Source: Candidatus Iainarchaeum sp.
GTDB lineage: Archaea; Iainarchaeota; Iainarchaeia; Iainarchaeales; JAZDDZ01
Length of the DNA stretch: 64,000 nucleotides
Reading direction: 5' to 3'
Assembly (NCBI GenBank): GCA_043809245.1
Contig: JAZDDZ010000054.1
Location: 1 to 64,000 of the forward strand
Position numbers and translations under genes: made by a program. Within the stretch, counting starts at the first letter, position 1; every line of letters starts with the position of its first letter. This document shows, in pieces, positions 8,392-20,114 of this stretch. The notes beneath the pieces were generated by a model, which saw only the letters and a list, made by a program, of their open reading frames with translations, did not search any database and was not told where the DNA came from.

Positions 8392-10215
8392 ATGGCTGCG
8401 GAAAAACCAAAGGCAAAGGTTTACATCAATGGAAGGCTCATCGGCTTCCATCACGACGCGAAAAGGCTGGCTGACGAGCTTATCCAGAAGAGAAGGGATG
8501 GAAAAATCGAGGCAAGGATAAACATTGCATTGCATTCCGACACAAACGAGGTTTACATTAACACTGATTCAGGAAGGGTGCAGAGGCCATTGATTGTTGT
8601 CGAGAGCGGAAAGCCGAAGCTGACAAAAGAGCATGTCAAGGCGATTGAGGATGGAAAGCTTTCATGGCAGGATTTGGTTGACAAGGGCCTGATAGAGTAT
8701 TTGGATGCGGAAGAGGAAGAGAACACGTTGATTGCATTGAATGAAGAGCAGTTGACCAAGGAACACACGCACATGGAGATTGACGAGATTGGAATTTTGA
8801 GTGTAATCACTTCAATGGTGCCTTACCTGGAGCACAACATGGCTGGAAAGGTTTTGCACGGAGTTAAAATGTTCAAGCAGGCACAGGGAATAATGGGAAT
8901 AAATTACAATCTGCGCACTGACACTGAGGAGTATTTGCTTTATTATCCTGAAAGCGCTTTGGTCACCACCAAAACGATTGAATTGCTTGAGCAGGACAAG
9001 AGGCCGAACATGCAGAATTTTGTTGTAGCAATAATGCCTTTTTATGGCTCTAACATTCTGGATGCGGTTGTCATAAACAAGGGCGCAGTTGACCGCGGGC
9101 TTGGAAGAAGCGCTTATTTCCGCGTTTACGAGTGCGCAGAGACCCGTTACCCCGGAGGCCAGATTGACAGGTTTGAGGTTCCCGCTGAAACAACCGTCGG
9201 CCATCTTGGCGCGGACGCATACAAGCACCTGGGCGAGGATGGGTTGGCCAGGCTTGAGTCAAAGGTAAACGAAAAAGACATAATTATAGGAAGGACTTCG
9301 CCTCCGAGGTTTTTGGAGGAAGTCAGCGAGTTCGGGGTAATGCAGGAGAAAAGAAGGGAGTCATCGCTTTCAATCAGGAAAGGAAAGGAAGGCCATGTTG
9401 ACAAGGTAATAATTACGGAATCCGATTCCGGAAACAAATTGGTCAAAGTAAAGGTAAGGAGCAACATGGTTCCGGTTGTGGGGGACAAGTTCAGTTCAAG
9501 GCACGGGCAGAAAGGGATTGTCGGTGCAATCATTTCCGAGGAAGACATGCCTTTCACCGCCGATGGAATAAAGCCGGATTTGCTGCTTAACCCGCACTCG
9601 ATTCCGTCAAGAATGACAATTGGGCATATGATTGAAATGCTTGCGGGAAAGGCAGGCGCCTTGGCTGGGGAAGAAATTGACGGCACGCCTTTCAGCGAAG
9701 TCAGCTCAAAGGAACTGCACAAAATGCTTGAAGACAGGGGATTCCAAAGCAACGGCAACGAGACATTTTATGACGGAACAACCGGCAGAAAAATCCAGGG
9801 AGAAATTTTCACCGGAGTTGTAGGTTACAGGAGATTATTCCACATGGTTGCGCACAAAATCCAGGCAAGGGCGCGCGGGCCAGTGCAGATACTCACAAGG
9901 CAGCCCACAGAGGGAAAAGAAAAAGAAGGCGGCTTAAGGTTCGGGGAAATGGAAGGCGAAACACTTGTCGGCCACGGAGCGGCAATGCTTTTACAGGAAA
10001 AATTCATAGACGACTCGGATAAAACAGTTGAACTTGTGTGCGAGAAATGCGGAGTGATTGCAATCAACGACCAGATAAGGAACAAGAGGTATTGCCCGCT
10101 TTGCGAAAGCAGCAGGGTTTACCCTGTTGAAATGAGCTATGGCTTCAAATTGCTTTTGGATGAATTGAAGGCGCTTGGAGTTCTGCCTAAATTGGTTATA
10201 ACGGATAAGGTGTAA
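8392..10215 (+). CDS. rpoB1: RNA polymerase subunit B' (Rpo2C)
   Basis: GDKFSSRHGQKG, NPHSIPSRMT, GGLRFGEME, C-terminal Zn ribbon. Confidence 0.97.
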   Translation: MAAEKPKAKVYINGRLIGFHHDAKRLADELIQKRRDGKIEARINIALHSDTNEVYINTDSGRVQRPLIVVESGKPKLTKEHVKAIEDGKLSWQDLVDKGLIEYLDAEEEENTLIALNEEQLTKEHTHMEIDEIGILSVITSMVPYLEHNMAGKVLHGVKMFKQAQGIMGINYNLRTDTEEYLLYYPESALVTTKTIELLEQDKRPNMQNFVVAIMPFYGSNILDAVVINKGAVDRGLGRSAYFRVYECAETRYPGGQIDRFEVPAETTVGHLGADAYKHLGEDGLARLESKVNEKDIIIGRTSPPRFLEEVSEFGVMQEKRRESSLSIRKGKEGHVDKVIITESDSGNKLVKVKVRSNMVPVVGDKFSSRHGQKGIVGAIISEEDMPFTADGIKPDLLLNPHSIPSRMTIGHMIEMLAGKAGALAGEEIDGTPFSEVSSKELHKMLEDRGFQSNGNETFYDGTTGRKIQGEIFTGVVGYRRLFHMVAHKIQARARGPVQILTRQPTEGKEKEGGLRFGEMEGETLVGHGAAMLLQEKFIDDSDKTVELVCEKCGVIAINDQIRNKRYCPLCESSRVYPVEMSYGFKLLLDELKALGVLPKLVITDKV

Positions 10216-10227
10216 GGGGAATAGAAT

Positions 10228-12861
10228 ATGCTTGCAAAGAGAATTAGTTACGTTGAATTCCAGGTGCTTGGGCCGCAGATGATAAGGAAAATGAGCGGCC
10301 TCGAGATCAAAAGCCCTGAGACTTACGATAAAGACGGGTTTCCAATGGAGTCAGGCTTGATGGACCCGCACTTGGGAGTCATTAACCCGGGTTTGAGGTG
10401 CAAGACTTGCGGCCAGAAAATGAAGCAGTGCCCAGGGCACTTTGGCCATTTGGAATTGGTTAGGCCCGTTGTGCACGCGGAGTTCTCGCGAAAAGTGGAG
10501 ATTTTAATGCACGCCACGTGCATGGAGTGCGGAAGAATAGCGTTGCCGGAGGAAAAGCTGAACCAGTTGCGCACGCTCATCGGCTCGGAAGCAGAGGGGC
10601 TTGCAAAAAAAATTGTTGTAAAAACAAAGAAAGTGAAAAAGTGCCCGCACTGCAGCGGTGAAAGGAAAATAGTATTGCTTGACAAGCCGACAAACTTTTT
10701 TTACGGGGACGCGAGGATTTACCCCACGCAGATAAGGGACTGGATGGAGAAAATCCCCAACAAAGATTTGCTGTTAATGGGCTACAACACGGAAAAATTA
10801 AGGCCGGAGTGGTTTGTGCTAACCACAATGCAGGTTCCGCCGATAACAATCAGGCCCTCAATCACTTTGGAGTCGGGAATAAAATCAGAGGACGACTTGA
10901 CGCACAAATTGGTTGACATTATCAGGATTAACATGCGCTTAAAGGACAACATTGAGGCAGGCGCACCACAGCTTATCATCGAGGACTTGTGGGATTTATT
11001 GCAGTACCATGTCACGACTTACTTCAACAACAACACAGCGGGTGTTCCCCCCGCAAAGCACAGGAGCGGAAGGGCTCTGAGGACATTGGTGCAGAGGCTG
11101 CAGGGAAAAAAAGGAAGGTTCAGGTACAACTTAACGGGAAAAAGGGTTAACTTTGCGGCAAGGTCAATAATTTCTCCCGATGCTTGGATTGAGATAAACG
11201 AACTGGGTATTCCTGAAGAGATTGCAAACGAATTGACTGTTCCCGAGTACGCGAATGAAACAAACCTCAAGGATTTGAAAAAGCTCATAACCGATTCAGA
11301 CAGGGTTGTTTACGTCAGCAGGCTGAACGGAATGAGGAAAAAGGTAAGCGAGCTTACAAAGGAAGAGATTGCAACCGAATTGGAAGTCGGCTTCAAGGTT
11401 GAAAGAAAGCTGCAGAACGGCGACATTGTTTTGTTCAACAGGCAGCCTTCATTGCACAGGCTTTCAATGCTTGCACACAGGGCAAGGATTTTGCCTGGAA
11501 AGACTTTCAGGATGAACCCCATAATTTGCAAGCCTTATAATGCGGATTTTGACGGCGATGAAATGAACATGCATGTTCCGCAGACAGAGGAAGGAATAAC
11601 CGAGGCAAGGGAGCTGATGAGCGTTGAAAACCAGGTCATAAGCCCCAGGTACGGCGGGCCGGTCATTATTCTGGATGAGGATGGAGTTAGCGGAGCATTC
11701 ATTTTGACTTTAATTTCAACGAAGTTTTCAAGGGAGGACGCAATGCAGTTCTTCCAGGTAATGGGATTGGACGAGCTGCCAAAGCCAGATGATGGAAAGG
11801 AGTACAGCGGAAAGCTTATTTTTTCACAGATGCTTCCGAAAAACCTGAACATTGAATACAAGACAAAGGCCTGCTCTTTGCTGCAGAAAATCTCGGCATG
11901 CGAGTCGTGCACCAAAGAAAAATGCAAGCACGACGCCTACCTCAAAATAGAGAACGGAAAGCTCGTGAGCGGAGTCGTTGACGAAAGGTCTTTGGGCGAG
12001 GGAAAGGGAATCCTTGTTGACACGCTTGCAAGGAATTATGACAGCAGCGTTATACTTAATTTTTACTCTAAGATGGGGAAAATCGCCGAGCTTGTTGTGA
12101 GCACAGTGGGAATGACAGTTAGCCTTGAGGAATACGAGGAAAGCGAAAGCGTGAAACGCATAAAAGAAAATGCATTCAAGCGCCTGTTAGAGGAGGCTGA
12201 TGAGGTTGTTAAAAAATTCAGGCACGGAACCCTGGAGCACATCCCTGGAAGGACATTAAAGGAATCATTCGAGCTGCAAATGATGCGCTTGGCTGCAAAG
12301 GCAAAGGACCACGTGGAGAAAGCAATTTTGAAGGAAAAGATTTTGGAAACGCTTGGAAGCAAGCCGAAGTACAATACAACAGTGATGATAATGAGCGGTT
12401 CAAGGGGAAGCACCACGAATTTGACAAACATTTCCGGGTTCTGGGGCCAGGCAAATGTGAGGGAAGGAAGGCCGAGCAGGGGATTCAAGAAAAGAGTCAT
12501 CACCTTGAACAAGAAAGACGACGTTGGAGTCATTGCAGGCGGATTCATTCCGCACAGCTTCATGCAGGGAATGGATGCATTTGAATACTTTTTCCACGCA
12601 ATGGGCGGAAGGCAGGGAGAAGTTGACACAGGTGTTTCAACAAAGGTTTCAGGCTATCTCTACAGGCGCCTTGCAAACTCTTTGAAGGACCTTGTTGTCG
12701 CGAACGATTACACTATCAGGACAGCGAACAAGAATATCATTGAATTCATTTACGGCGAGGACGGGGTTTTCCCGAAAAACACGCTGAGGGGAAAAAGCAT
12801 AAACGTCGGAATGGAGTTCGACAAGTTCAAAGCTAACGCAGAGAAAAAGGAAGCGAAGTGA
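10228..12861 (+). CDS. rpoA1: RNA polymerase subunit A' (Rpo1N)
   Basis: CPGHFGH, NRQPSLH, catalytic NADFDGD. Confidence 0.97.
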   Translation: MLAKRISYVEFQVLGPQMIRKMSGLEIKSPETYDKDGFPMESGLMDPHLGVINPGLRCKTCGQKMKQCPGHFGHLELVRPVVHAEFSRKVEILMHATCMECGRIALPEEKLNQLRTLIGSEAEGLAKKIVVKTKKVKKCPHCSGERKIVLLDKPTNFFYGDARIYPTQIRDWMEKIPNKDLLLMGYNTEKLRPEWFVLTTMQVPPITIRPSITLESGIKSEDDLTHKLVDIIRINMRLKDNIEAGAPQLIIEDLWDLLQYHVTTYFNNNTAGVPPAKHRSGRALRTLVQRLQGKKGRFRYNLTGKRVNFAARSIISPDAWIEINELGIPEEIANELTVPEYANETNLKDLKKLITDSDRVVYVSRLNGMRKKVSELTKEEIATELEVGFKVERKLQNGDIVLFNRQPSLHRLSMLAHRARILPGKTFRMNPIICKPYNADFDGDEMNMHVPQTEEGITEARELMSVENQVISPRYGGPVIILDEDGVSGAFILTLISTKFSREDAMQFFQVMGLDELPKPDDGKEYSGKLIFSQMLPKNLNIEYKTKACSLLQKISACESCTKEKCKHDAYLKIENGKLVSGVVDERSLGEGKGILVDTLARNYDSSVILNFYSKMGKIAELVVSTVGMTVSLEEYEESESVKRIKENAFKRLLEEADEVVKKFRHGTLEHIPGRTLKESFELQMMRLAAKAKDHVEKAILKEKILETLGSKPKYNTTVMIMSGSRGSTTNLTNISGFWGQANVREGRPSRGFKKRVITLNKKDDVGVIAGGFIPHSFMQGMDAFEYFFHAMGGRQGEVDTGVSTKVSGYLYRRLANSLKDLVVANDYTIRTANKNIIEFIYGEDGVFPKNTLRGKSINVGMEFDKFKANAEKKEAK

Positions 12862-12866
12862 TATAA

Positions 12867-14132
<1,266 letters not shown>

Positions 14133-14134
14133 GG

Positions 14135-14524
14135 GTGAATGGGATGGCGTCTGCGGATTTTTTGAGGGAATTGCGAAGGGCTGTTGATTCCGGAAAGGTT
14201 GTTTTCGGCAAAAGGCAGTCCGAGAAAAGCATTTTAAAAGGGAATGCCCAAATAATTGTATTAAGCGCCAACGCGCCAATTCTTCTTAAGGAAAAAATTT
14301 CATCGGCGGCTGAAATTTCGGGAATCCCCCTTGAAGAATACACTGGAACTGCATTGGAGCTTGGCTCGCTCTGCGGAAAGCCTTTTTCCATAACCGTGAT
14401 GGCAGTCGAGGACGCCGGCAAAAGCGGCCTGATGGCTGCACTGAAAAAAAAGGAAGAAAAGCACGCAAAGGGAAAAACAGCGGCAAGGCATTCGGCGAAG
14501 AAAGCAAAGGGAAAAGCAAGATAG
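14135..14524 (+). CDS. rpl30e: 50S ribosomal protein L30e
   Basis: GKVVFG, ELGSLCGKPF; position after rpoA2. Confidence 0.92.
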   Translation: MNGMASADFLRELRRAVDSGKVVFGKRQSEKSILKGNAQIIVLSANAPILLKEKISSAAEISGIPLEEYTGTALELGSLCGKPFSITVMAVEDAGKSGLMAALKKKEEKHAKGKTAARHSAKKAKGKAR

Positions 14525-14560
14525 CGGGAAAAAAGCAAGCAGTGAAAAGCAAGTGAACCA

Positions 14561-14983
14561 GTGAACGCAATGAAATTTGGCCCCAATGAAATCTTTTACA
14601 TCAACGAATTCGAGAAGCTCACAAGGGCAACGGCAAAGGACTGCGTTGTAGAGGACTCGAGGATAACGTTTGTTGTAAAGGAAAAGCAGTTGCTTCAGGC
14701 AATTGGAAAAAACGGTGAAACGGTTAGAAAAGTCGTGCAGAGGCTTGGGAAAAACATTGAGGTCTTTGAATACAGCGATGACCCAAAAAAGTTTTTGCAG
14801 AAGGCGTTTTACAACGCGAAAATAAACGATGTGGTAATGGGAGAAGCAGAGGGAAAAAAAACAGCAGAAGTAGAGGTTGACTCGGAAAACAAGAGGAAAA
14901 TAATGCATAATTCGGGAAGGCTGAAAAAAGTCAAGGAATTGATGAAAAGATTGTACGGAATTGAAAAAGTGAGGATTAATTGA
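14561..14983 (+). CDS. nusA: Archaeal NusA (KH domains)
   Basis: AIGKNGE KH motif; canonical synteny. Confidence 0.9.
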   Translation: MNAMKFGPNEIFYINEFEKLTRATAKDCVVEDSRITFVVKEKQLLQAIGKNGETVRKVVQRLGKNIEVFEYSDDPKKFLQKAFYNAKINDVVMGEAEGKKTAEVEVDSENKRKIMHNSGRLKKVKELMKRLYGIEKVRIN

Positions 14984-14996
14984 TTATTGGTCAAAG

Positions 14997-15434
14997 GTGA
15001 ATGTTATGGCAAGAGGGGAATTCGCTGCAGGGTCATTGGAAGACAACAGGAAGAAGTGGCGCAACAAGGACAAGCACATAAAGACAAGGGAAAGGAACCT
15101 TTCAGGAAAATACGATTTGCTCGAAGGCGCCCCCCAAGGAAGAGGCATTGTAATTGAAAAGCGCGGAGTCACGGCAAAACAGCCGAACTCAGGAATTCGT
15201 AAGTGCGTGCGCGTGCAGCTCATAAAGAACGGAAAGCAGTTGACCGCGTTGGCGCCATATGACGGCGCGATAAAGTTCATTGAAGAGCACGATGAGGTTG
15301 TTGTTGAAGGAATTGGCGGAGCGCAGGGCGGCCCAAAAGGAGACCTATGGGGAGTCAAGTACAGGGTAACGCATGTTAACGGCCAGAGCCTTGAAATGCT
15401 GAGGACAGGAAGGGCGGAGAAAGTCAAGAGGTAA
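14997..15434 (+). CDS. rps12: 30S ribosomal protein S12
   Basis: [16 protein letters not shown]. Confidence 0.97.
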   Translation: MNVMARGEFAAGSLEDNRKKWRNKDKHIKTRERNLSGKYDLLEGAPQGRGIVIEKRGVTAKQPNSGIRKCVRVQLIKNGKQLTALAPYDGAIKFIEEHDEVVVEGIGGAQGGPKGDLWGVKYRVTHVNGQSLEMLRTGRAEKVKR

Positions 15435-15443
15435 AATTTTTTT

Positions 15444-16052
15444 GTGATGGTTATGAAGGTTTTTGGAAAATGGGATGCAAGCGAAGTCCAGATAAGCGAC
15501 ATGAGCTTGGCGCCGTATATTTCGCTTGACAACAAAATGATTCCCCATACTTTCGGCAAAAAGACAAGGAAAAGGTTCGAAAAGGGGAAATTGAACATAG
15601 TTGAAAGGCTTGTCAACAAGGTAATGCGCTCCGGCCAGGGAAAAAAGAAGATGAGTGGAAAATATATTAGGGGAAGAAGGGGCTGCGGAAAAAAGCTCCA
15701 GGCAATGGAGATAGTGGAAAAGGCATTCAGGATAATTGAAAAGGAAACAAAACAGAACCCAATTCAGGCACTTGTTAGGGCAGTTGAATCAGCAGGCCCA
15801 AGGGAAGACATCACAAGGATTCAGAGGGGTGGAATAAGCTACACTGTTTCAGTTGACCTTGCACCTCTTAAAAGGGTTGATGAATCGCTGAAAAACCTTG
15901 CGCTTGCGGCATTCTTCCAGTCATTCAACAAAAAAATAAGCGCGGAGGAAGCGCTTGCGAAAGAGATAATCCTTGCGTCAAAAGAGGACTCGCAGAGCTA
16001 CGCGGTAAAAAGGCGCGATGAAGTGGAAAGGATAGCGAAGGCCTCAAGGTAA
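15444..16052 (+). CDS. rps7: 30S ribosomal protein S7
   Basis: NIVERLVNK, NPIQALV.A, ERIAKASR. Confidence 0.96.
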   Translation: MMVMKVFGKWDASEVQISDMSLAPYISLDNKMIPHTFGKKTRKRFEKGKLNIVERLVNKVMRSGQGKKKMSGKYIRGRRGCGKKLQAMEIVEKAFRIIEKETKQNPIQALVRAVESAGPREDITRIQRGGISYTVSVDLAPLKRVDESLKNLALAAFFQSFNKKISAEEALAKEIILASKEDSQSYAVKRRDEVERIAKASR

Positions 16053-16094
16053 CAAGCGGTTTTTTGGATTTTTGTTTTTTTTTGGTGAGCGCGC

Positions 16095-18845
16095 ATGGCG
16101 AAAAAAGAGGACATTGTCAAGATTGCGGAAAAACTGATGAATACCCGCGAAAACATCAGAAACATAGGCATAGTTGCGCACATAGACCATGGAAAATGCG
16201 TTTCGGGCGAGACACACATTACATTGGCTGATGGAAACACTGTAAAAGCAAAAGAGCTCTTTGAAATAGCAAAAAATAACGGGGCAATTGTCAAAAAAAC
16301 AGAAAAAGAAACTATCTTCGAAATTTCAAGGAAAGGAATTCAAGTTCCAAGCTTCAACAGCAATACTGAAAAAATAGAATCAAAAAAAATAACTCACGCG
16401 TGGAAGCTAAAAGCCGATGAACCGCTGGTAAAACTTTCGCTATCTAACGGGCAGAAGATTGTAACCACAAAGGAACATAAATTCATTTGTATGACAGAAA
16501 ATGGAACCACTATTGAAAGGGAATCATGCAAAATTACATTGAATGAACCGATTTTATGCGCAAAATATGTGCCTTCAGGAGCCAATATTCAAGTGAAAAA
16601 TTTGAATAACGGAACCGTTACAATCGAAAAAACTTTCTTTGACTGCTTCACTGCAAGGGTTGAAAAAAAAGAATCCTGCGCCGAGGAATTTGTTTACGAT
16701 TTCACTGTGGAGAAAAACCATAACTTTGTAGGCAACGGCGCAATAATACACAACACAACGATGACAGACAACCTGATTGCTGCAGCGGGATTAATTTCAG
16801 AGGAGCTGGCGGGAAAACAGCAGTTCATGGATTATTATGAACTGGAACAGGCGCGCGGAATAACAATCAATGCTGCAAACATTTCCCTTGTGCACACAAT
16901 AGACGGAAAAGAGCATTTGATTAACGTGATTGACACCCCCGGCCATGTTGATTTCGGGGGGGAAGTCATAAGGGCAATGCGCGCAGTCGACGGGGTTATT
17001 CTTGTCGTTGACTCTGTTGAAGGGGTAATGCCGCAGACAGAGACAGTCATAAGGCAGGCTTTAAGGGAAAACGTCAAGCCCGTTCTGTTCATTAACAAGG
17101 TTGACAGGCTGGTCAACGAATTGCAATTGACCTCGGAGCAGATGCAGGAAAGGTTCCTGAAAACAATCGCGCAGGTGAACAACCTCATCAAGGCGAATGC
17201 ACAAAAAGAGTTTGTTGACAGCTGGACTGTTAATGTCGCAAACGGCTCTGTTTCATTCGGCTCAGCCTACAACAACTGGGCTGTTAGCGCGCCTTCAATG
17301 AAAAAATCAGGCGTGGGCTTCAAGGATGTTTACGATTACTGCAAAAACCAGGACCAGAAAACTCTTGCAAAAAAAAGCCCCCTGCACGAAGTAATAATTT
17401 CAATGGTTGCAGCGCATTTGCCCAGCCCAATTGAAGCGCAGAAATACCGCATTCCGAAAATCTGGAGCGGGGAACCGGAAAGCGAGGAAGGAAAGGCAAT
17501 GCTTACATGCGATCCCAAGGGAGAGCTTGCAATGATGGTTTCAGATGTATCAGTTGACCCGCACGCAGGGGACATTGCAACGGGAAGGGTTTACTCCGGA
17601 ACAGTGAGAAAGGGAACAATTGTGAAATTAATCGGCTCAAAAAAAGAGGTCAACATCCAGCAAGTGGCGGTATTCATGGGCCCGGAGCGCGTGACTGTTT
17701 CAGAGATTCCAGCGGGAAACATTGCGGCAATCATCGGATGCAGGGAAGTTTACGCGGGAGAAACTGTTTCAACAAAGGAAATAAAAGAGTTCGAGGCATT
17801 CATGAGCAGCGCAGAGCCTGTCATGACCGTTTCGGTTGAGCCGAAAAGCACAAAGGATTTGCCAAAGCTGATTGAGGTCATAAGGCAGATAACAAAAGAG
17901 GACCCGAACATAAAGGGCTCATTGAACCAGGACACAGGCGAGCACCTCTTGAGCGGAATGGGTGAATTGCATTTGGAAGTAACCCAATACAGGATAGAGG
18001 TTGACCACAAAATTCCCATAATTGTCAGCCCGCCGATAGTTGTTTACAAGGAAACAATTGTCAAGTCATCTCCAATCCTTGAATCGAAGTCGCCCAACAG
18101 GCACAACAAGCTGAAAATGCATGTGGAAAAAATTCCTTTGGAGATTTTGGATAAGCTTGTCGAGTCAAGGCTTGACTGCAAGATAAGGCCAAAGGACAAG
18201 GAGATTGTTGAAAAATTAATCAACATGGGCTTTGACCGCGATGAAGCGAAAAAGTCATGGTCAATCCATAACAACTGCCTGCTTGTTGACGCGACACGCG
18301 GAATACAGGCACTGCAGGAAATAAAGGAACTGGTCATCCAGGGATTCAAGGACGCAATGGACGAAGGCCCTCTTGCAAAGGAAAGGTGCTTTGGAGTCAA
18401 AGTCGTTTTGGAAGATGCAACGCTTCACGAGGACTCAATTCACAGGGGCCCTGCACAGATGCTGCCAACAATCACAAGGGGAATTTATGCATGCATGTTA
18501 AGTGCGGAGCCAGTGATTTACGAGCCAAAGCAGCTGATGACGATTAATGTTCCGCAAGATTTCATGGGTTCCGCTTCAAAGGAACTTGGCGCAAGAAGGA
18601 CACAGATAACGGAGATGAGAACAGAGGGAGACACAACGATAATCATCGCAAAGGCGCCTGTCAAGGAACTGATTGGCTTCAGCGCAGCAATCCGCGGCGC
18701 AACACAGGGAAGGGTTGTGTGGACAGCGGAGTACGCTGGCTATGAATTGCTGCCAAGGGAACTTCAGAAGCCTGTAATCACAGAGGTAAGGAAACGCAAG
18801 GGAATGGACCCTGAAGTAAAAAACGCAGCATTCTTTTTGGAGTGA
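16095..18845 (+). CDS. fusA: Elongation factor EF-2, intein-containing precursor
   Basis: AHIDHGK/TT, DTPGHVDF, NKVD, diphthamide loop HEDSIHRG. Confidence 0.97.
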   Translation: MAKKEDIVKIAEKLMNTRENIRNIGIVAHIDHGKCVSGETHITLADGNTVKAKELFEIAKNNGAIVKKTEKETIFEISRKGIQVPSFNSNTEKIESKKITHAWKLKADEPLVKLSLSNGQKIVTTKEHKFICMTENGTTIERESCKITLNEPILCAKYVPSGANIQVKNLNNGTVTIEKTFFDCFTARVEKKESCAEEFVYDFTVEKNHNFVGNGAIIHNTTMTDNLIAAAGLISEELAGKQQFMDYYELEQARGITINAANISLVHTIDGKEHLINVIDTPGHVDFGGEVIRAMRAVDGVILVVDSVEGVMPQTETVIRQALRENVKPVLFINKVDRLVNELQLTSEQMQERFLKTIAQVNNLIKANAQKEFVDSWTVNVANGSVSFGSAYNNWAVSAPSMKKSGVGFKDVYDYCKNQDQKTLAKKSPLHEVIISMVAAHLPSPIEAQKYRIPKIWSGEPESEEGKAMLTCDPKGELAMMVSDVSVDPHAGDIATGRVYSGTVRKGTIVKLIGSKKEVNIQQVAVFMGPERVTVSEIPAGNIAAIIGCREVYAGETVSTKEIKEFEAFMSSAEPVMTVSVEPKSTKDLPKLIEVIRQITKEDPNIKGSLNQDTGEHLLSGMGELHLEVTQYRIEVDHKIPIIVSPPIVVYKETIVKSSPILESKSPNRHNKLKMHVEKIPLEILDKLVESRLDCKIRPKDKEIVEKLINMGFDRDEAKKSWSIHNNCLLVDATRGIQALQEIKELVIQGFKDAMDEGPLAKERCFGVKVVLEDATLHEDSIHRGPAQMLPTITRGIYACMLSAEPVIYEPKQLMTINVPQDFMGSASKELGARRTQITEMRTEGDTTIIIAKAPVKELIGFSAAIRGATQGRVVWTAEYAGYELLPRELQKPVITEVRKRKGMDPEVKNAAFFLE
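16197..16754 (+). mobile_element. Mini-intein (186 aa, no homing endonuclease) in EF-2 P-loop
   Basis: Block A CVSGETHITLADG, block B TKEHKF, block F VYDFTVEKNHNF, block G IIHN followed by +1 Thr; splits GK|TT. Confidence 0.95.
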
Positions 18846-18950
18846 ATTCAAAAGTTTAACTTATTAAATGTAGTAGGCTTATATACTATAGAAAGCAAAA
18901 GGAAAGTTTTTTAAAGTAAAAAAGCATTAATATAAAGTCGGGGGATTACA

Positions 18951-19199
18951 ATGGAACTTGTTTCTATAAAGGACATGCCTAAGGAGATTAAGATAAGCCT
19001 TCTCAAAGAGATAGGTTATGACTCTGACGGCAGATTTGTTATTGACTCGGATGGTAACAGAGTAAAAGACCGTTATGTTTCTGTTGACATTGAACTTGCT
19101 AACATGCTAATTTTTCCTGGAAGTACAATAATTCTGGATAACAACCCTTTGAGTATAGCCCTATATATGGAAGAGTATGGGGAATTTGCCTTAGGGTAG
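18951..19199 (+). CDS. Hypothetical protein (82 aa) inserted between EF-2 and EF-1A
   Basis: ORF with GGGGA SD-like motif; no family recognised. Confidence 0.65.
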   Translation: MELVSIKDMPKEIKISLLKEIGYDSDGRFVIDSDGNRVKDRYVSVDIELANMLIFPGSTIILDNNPLSIALYMEEYGEFALG

Positions 19200-19215
19200 G
19201 CAGGCGATATTTCCC

Positions 19216-19923
19216 GTGCCTGATGATGATTCAGTAGTTTCGGAAGTTGTAAAAGGTGCAACTAGAGCTACGTTAGACTATAGCGAGGATAAGGTTAAAG
19301 GTCTTGTGAAAAGATTTCTGCAGGGAGACCTAGCTTTTATAGAAGACGAAGAGACTATAGAAATTGTCAGAACCCAACGCCAGAAACCTGAATGGAAAAT
19401 TTACCGTAATTATATAACAACCCCTGATTTGAGGATGCAGATAGAGATGGGTTTCTCTCTTAAACAGCTGCAGAACAATCAGATTAAGCTACACAACCTA
19501 AGAAATAAAATAGTAAAAAAATACAACCGAAAAGGATTACATGTAGCAGAATTAGCGCAGAGCGGGGTTTTGGGAAGATATATTGGCTTATTGCTTGGCC
19601 ACACAGAAGACGAGAATGACTTAAAAGAAGGCATTGAAGAGATACTGGAAGCTGTGGACAAGTATGTAATCTTTCTTAAGTTAGAGGACGATGAGGGGGA
19701 TGCTGGAAAAACAATAGTTGACAGAATTAGAATTCTCTCTCCGCGAGCCATTATACTTTTCAGCTGCAGCCCGCGAGTTGTCAAAAAGGCAGAAAACATC
19801 ATAAAGGCGGTAAAAAAGAAGATAAAGGGGTATGTATTTGAAGTTCAGCTTGAAGAAACTACCTGCCAGAGATATGATTTTATATTAAAGCAACCTACTG
19901 ACTACTCTGCTCTTGAGATATAA
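19216..19923 (+). CDS. Hypothetical protein (235 aa) inserted between EF-2 and EF-1A
   Basis: Long ORF 16 nt after previous gene; no family recognised. Confidence 0.7.
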   Translation: MPDDDSVVSEVVKGATRATLDYSEDKVKGLVKRFLQGDLAFIEDEETIEIVRTQRQKPEWKIYRNYITTPDLRMQIEMGFSLKQLQNNQIKLHNLRNKIVKKYNRKGLHVAELAQSGVLGRYIGLLLGHTEDENDLKEGIEEILEAVDKYVIFLKLEDDEGDAGKTIVDRIRILSPRAIILFSCSPRVVKKAENIIKAVKKKIKGYVFEVQLEETTCQRYDFILKQPTDYSALEI

Positions 19924-20114
19924 TATGGCGAAAAACCCCCAAAAAGGATTTATTTTTAAAGCTTTAAGTACAAGTAATATTGTATTATTGGCTGGAATTA
20001 AGCCTTTTTGAACGCGCTGGCTAAAAAATTAATGCTGAAAACAATTTTCTTGCGTTATGCGCGTTTGGCTTGATTTTTTGCATTTTTGGGTTTTTATTTG
20101 GAGGTGTATTGTAA

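Noticed and set aside
19924-20114. Displaced EF-2 3' end after the two-gene insertion
   Set aside because: No convincing match to the NAAFFLE* codons
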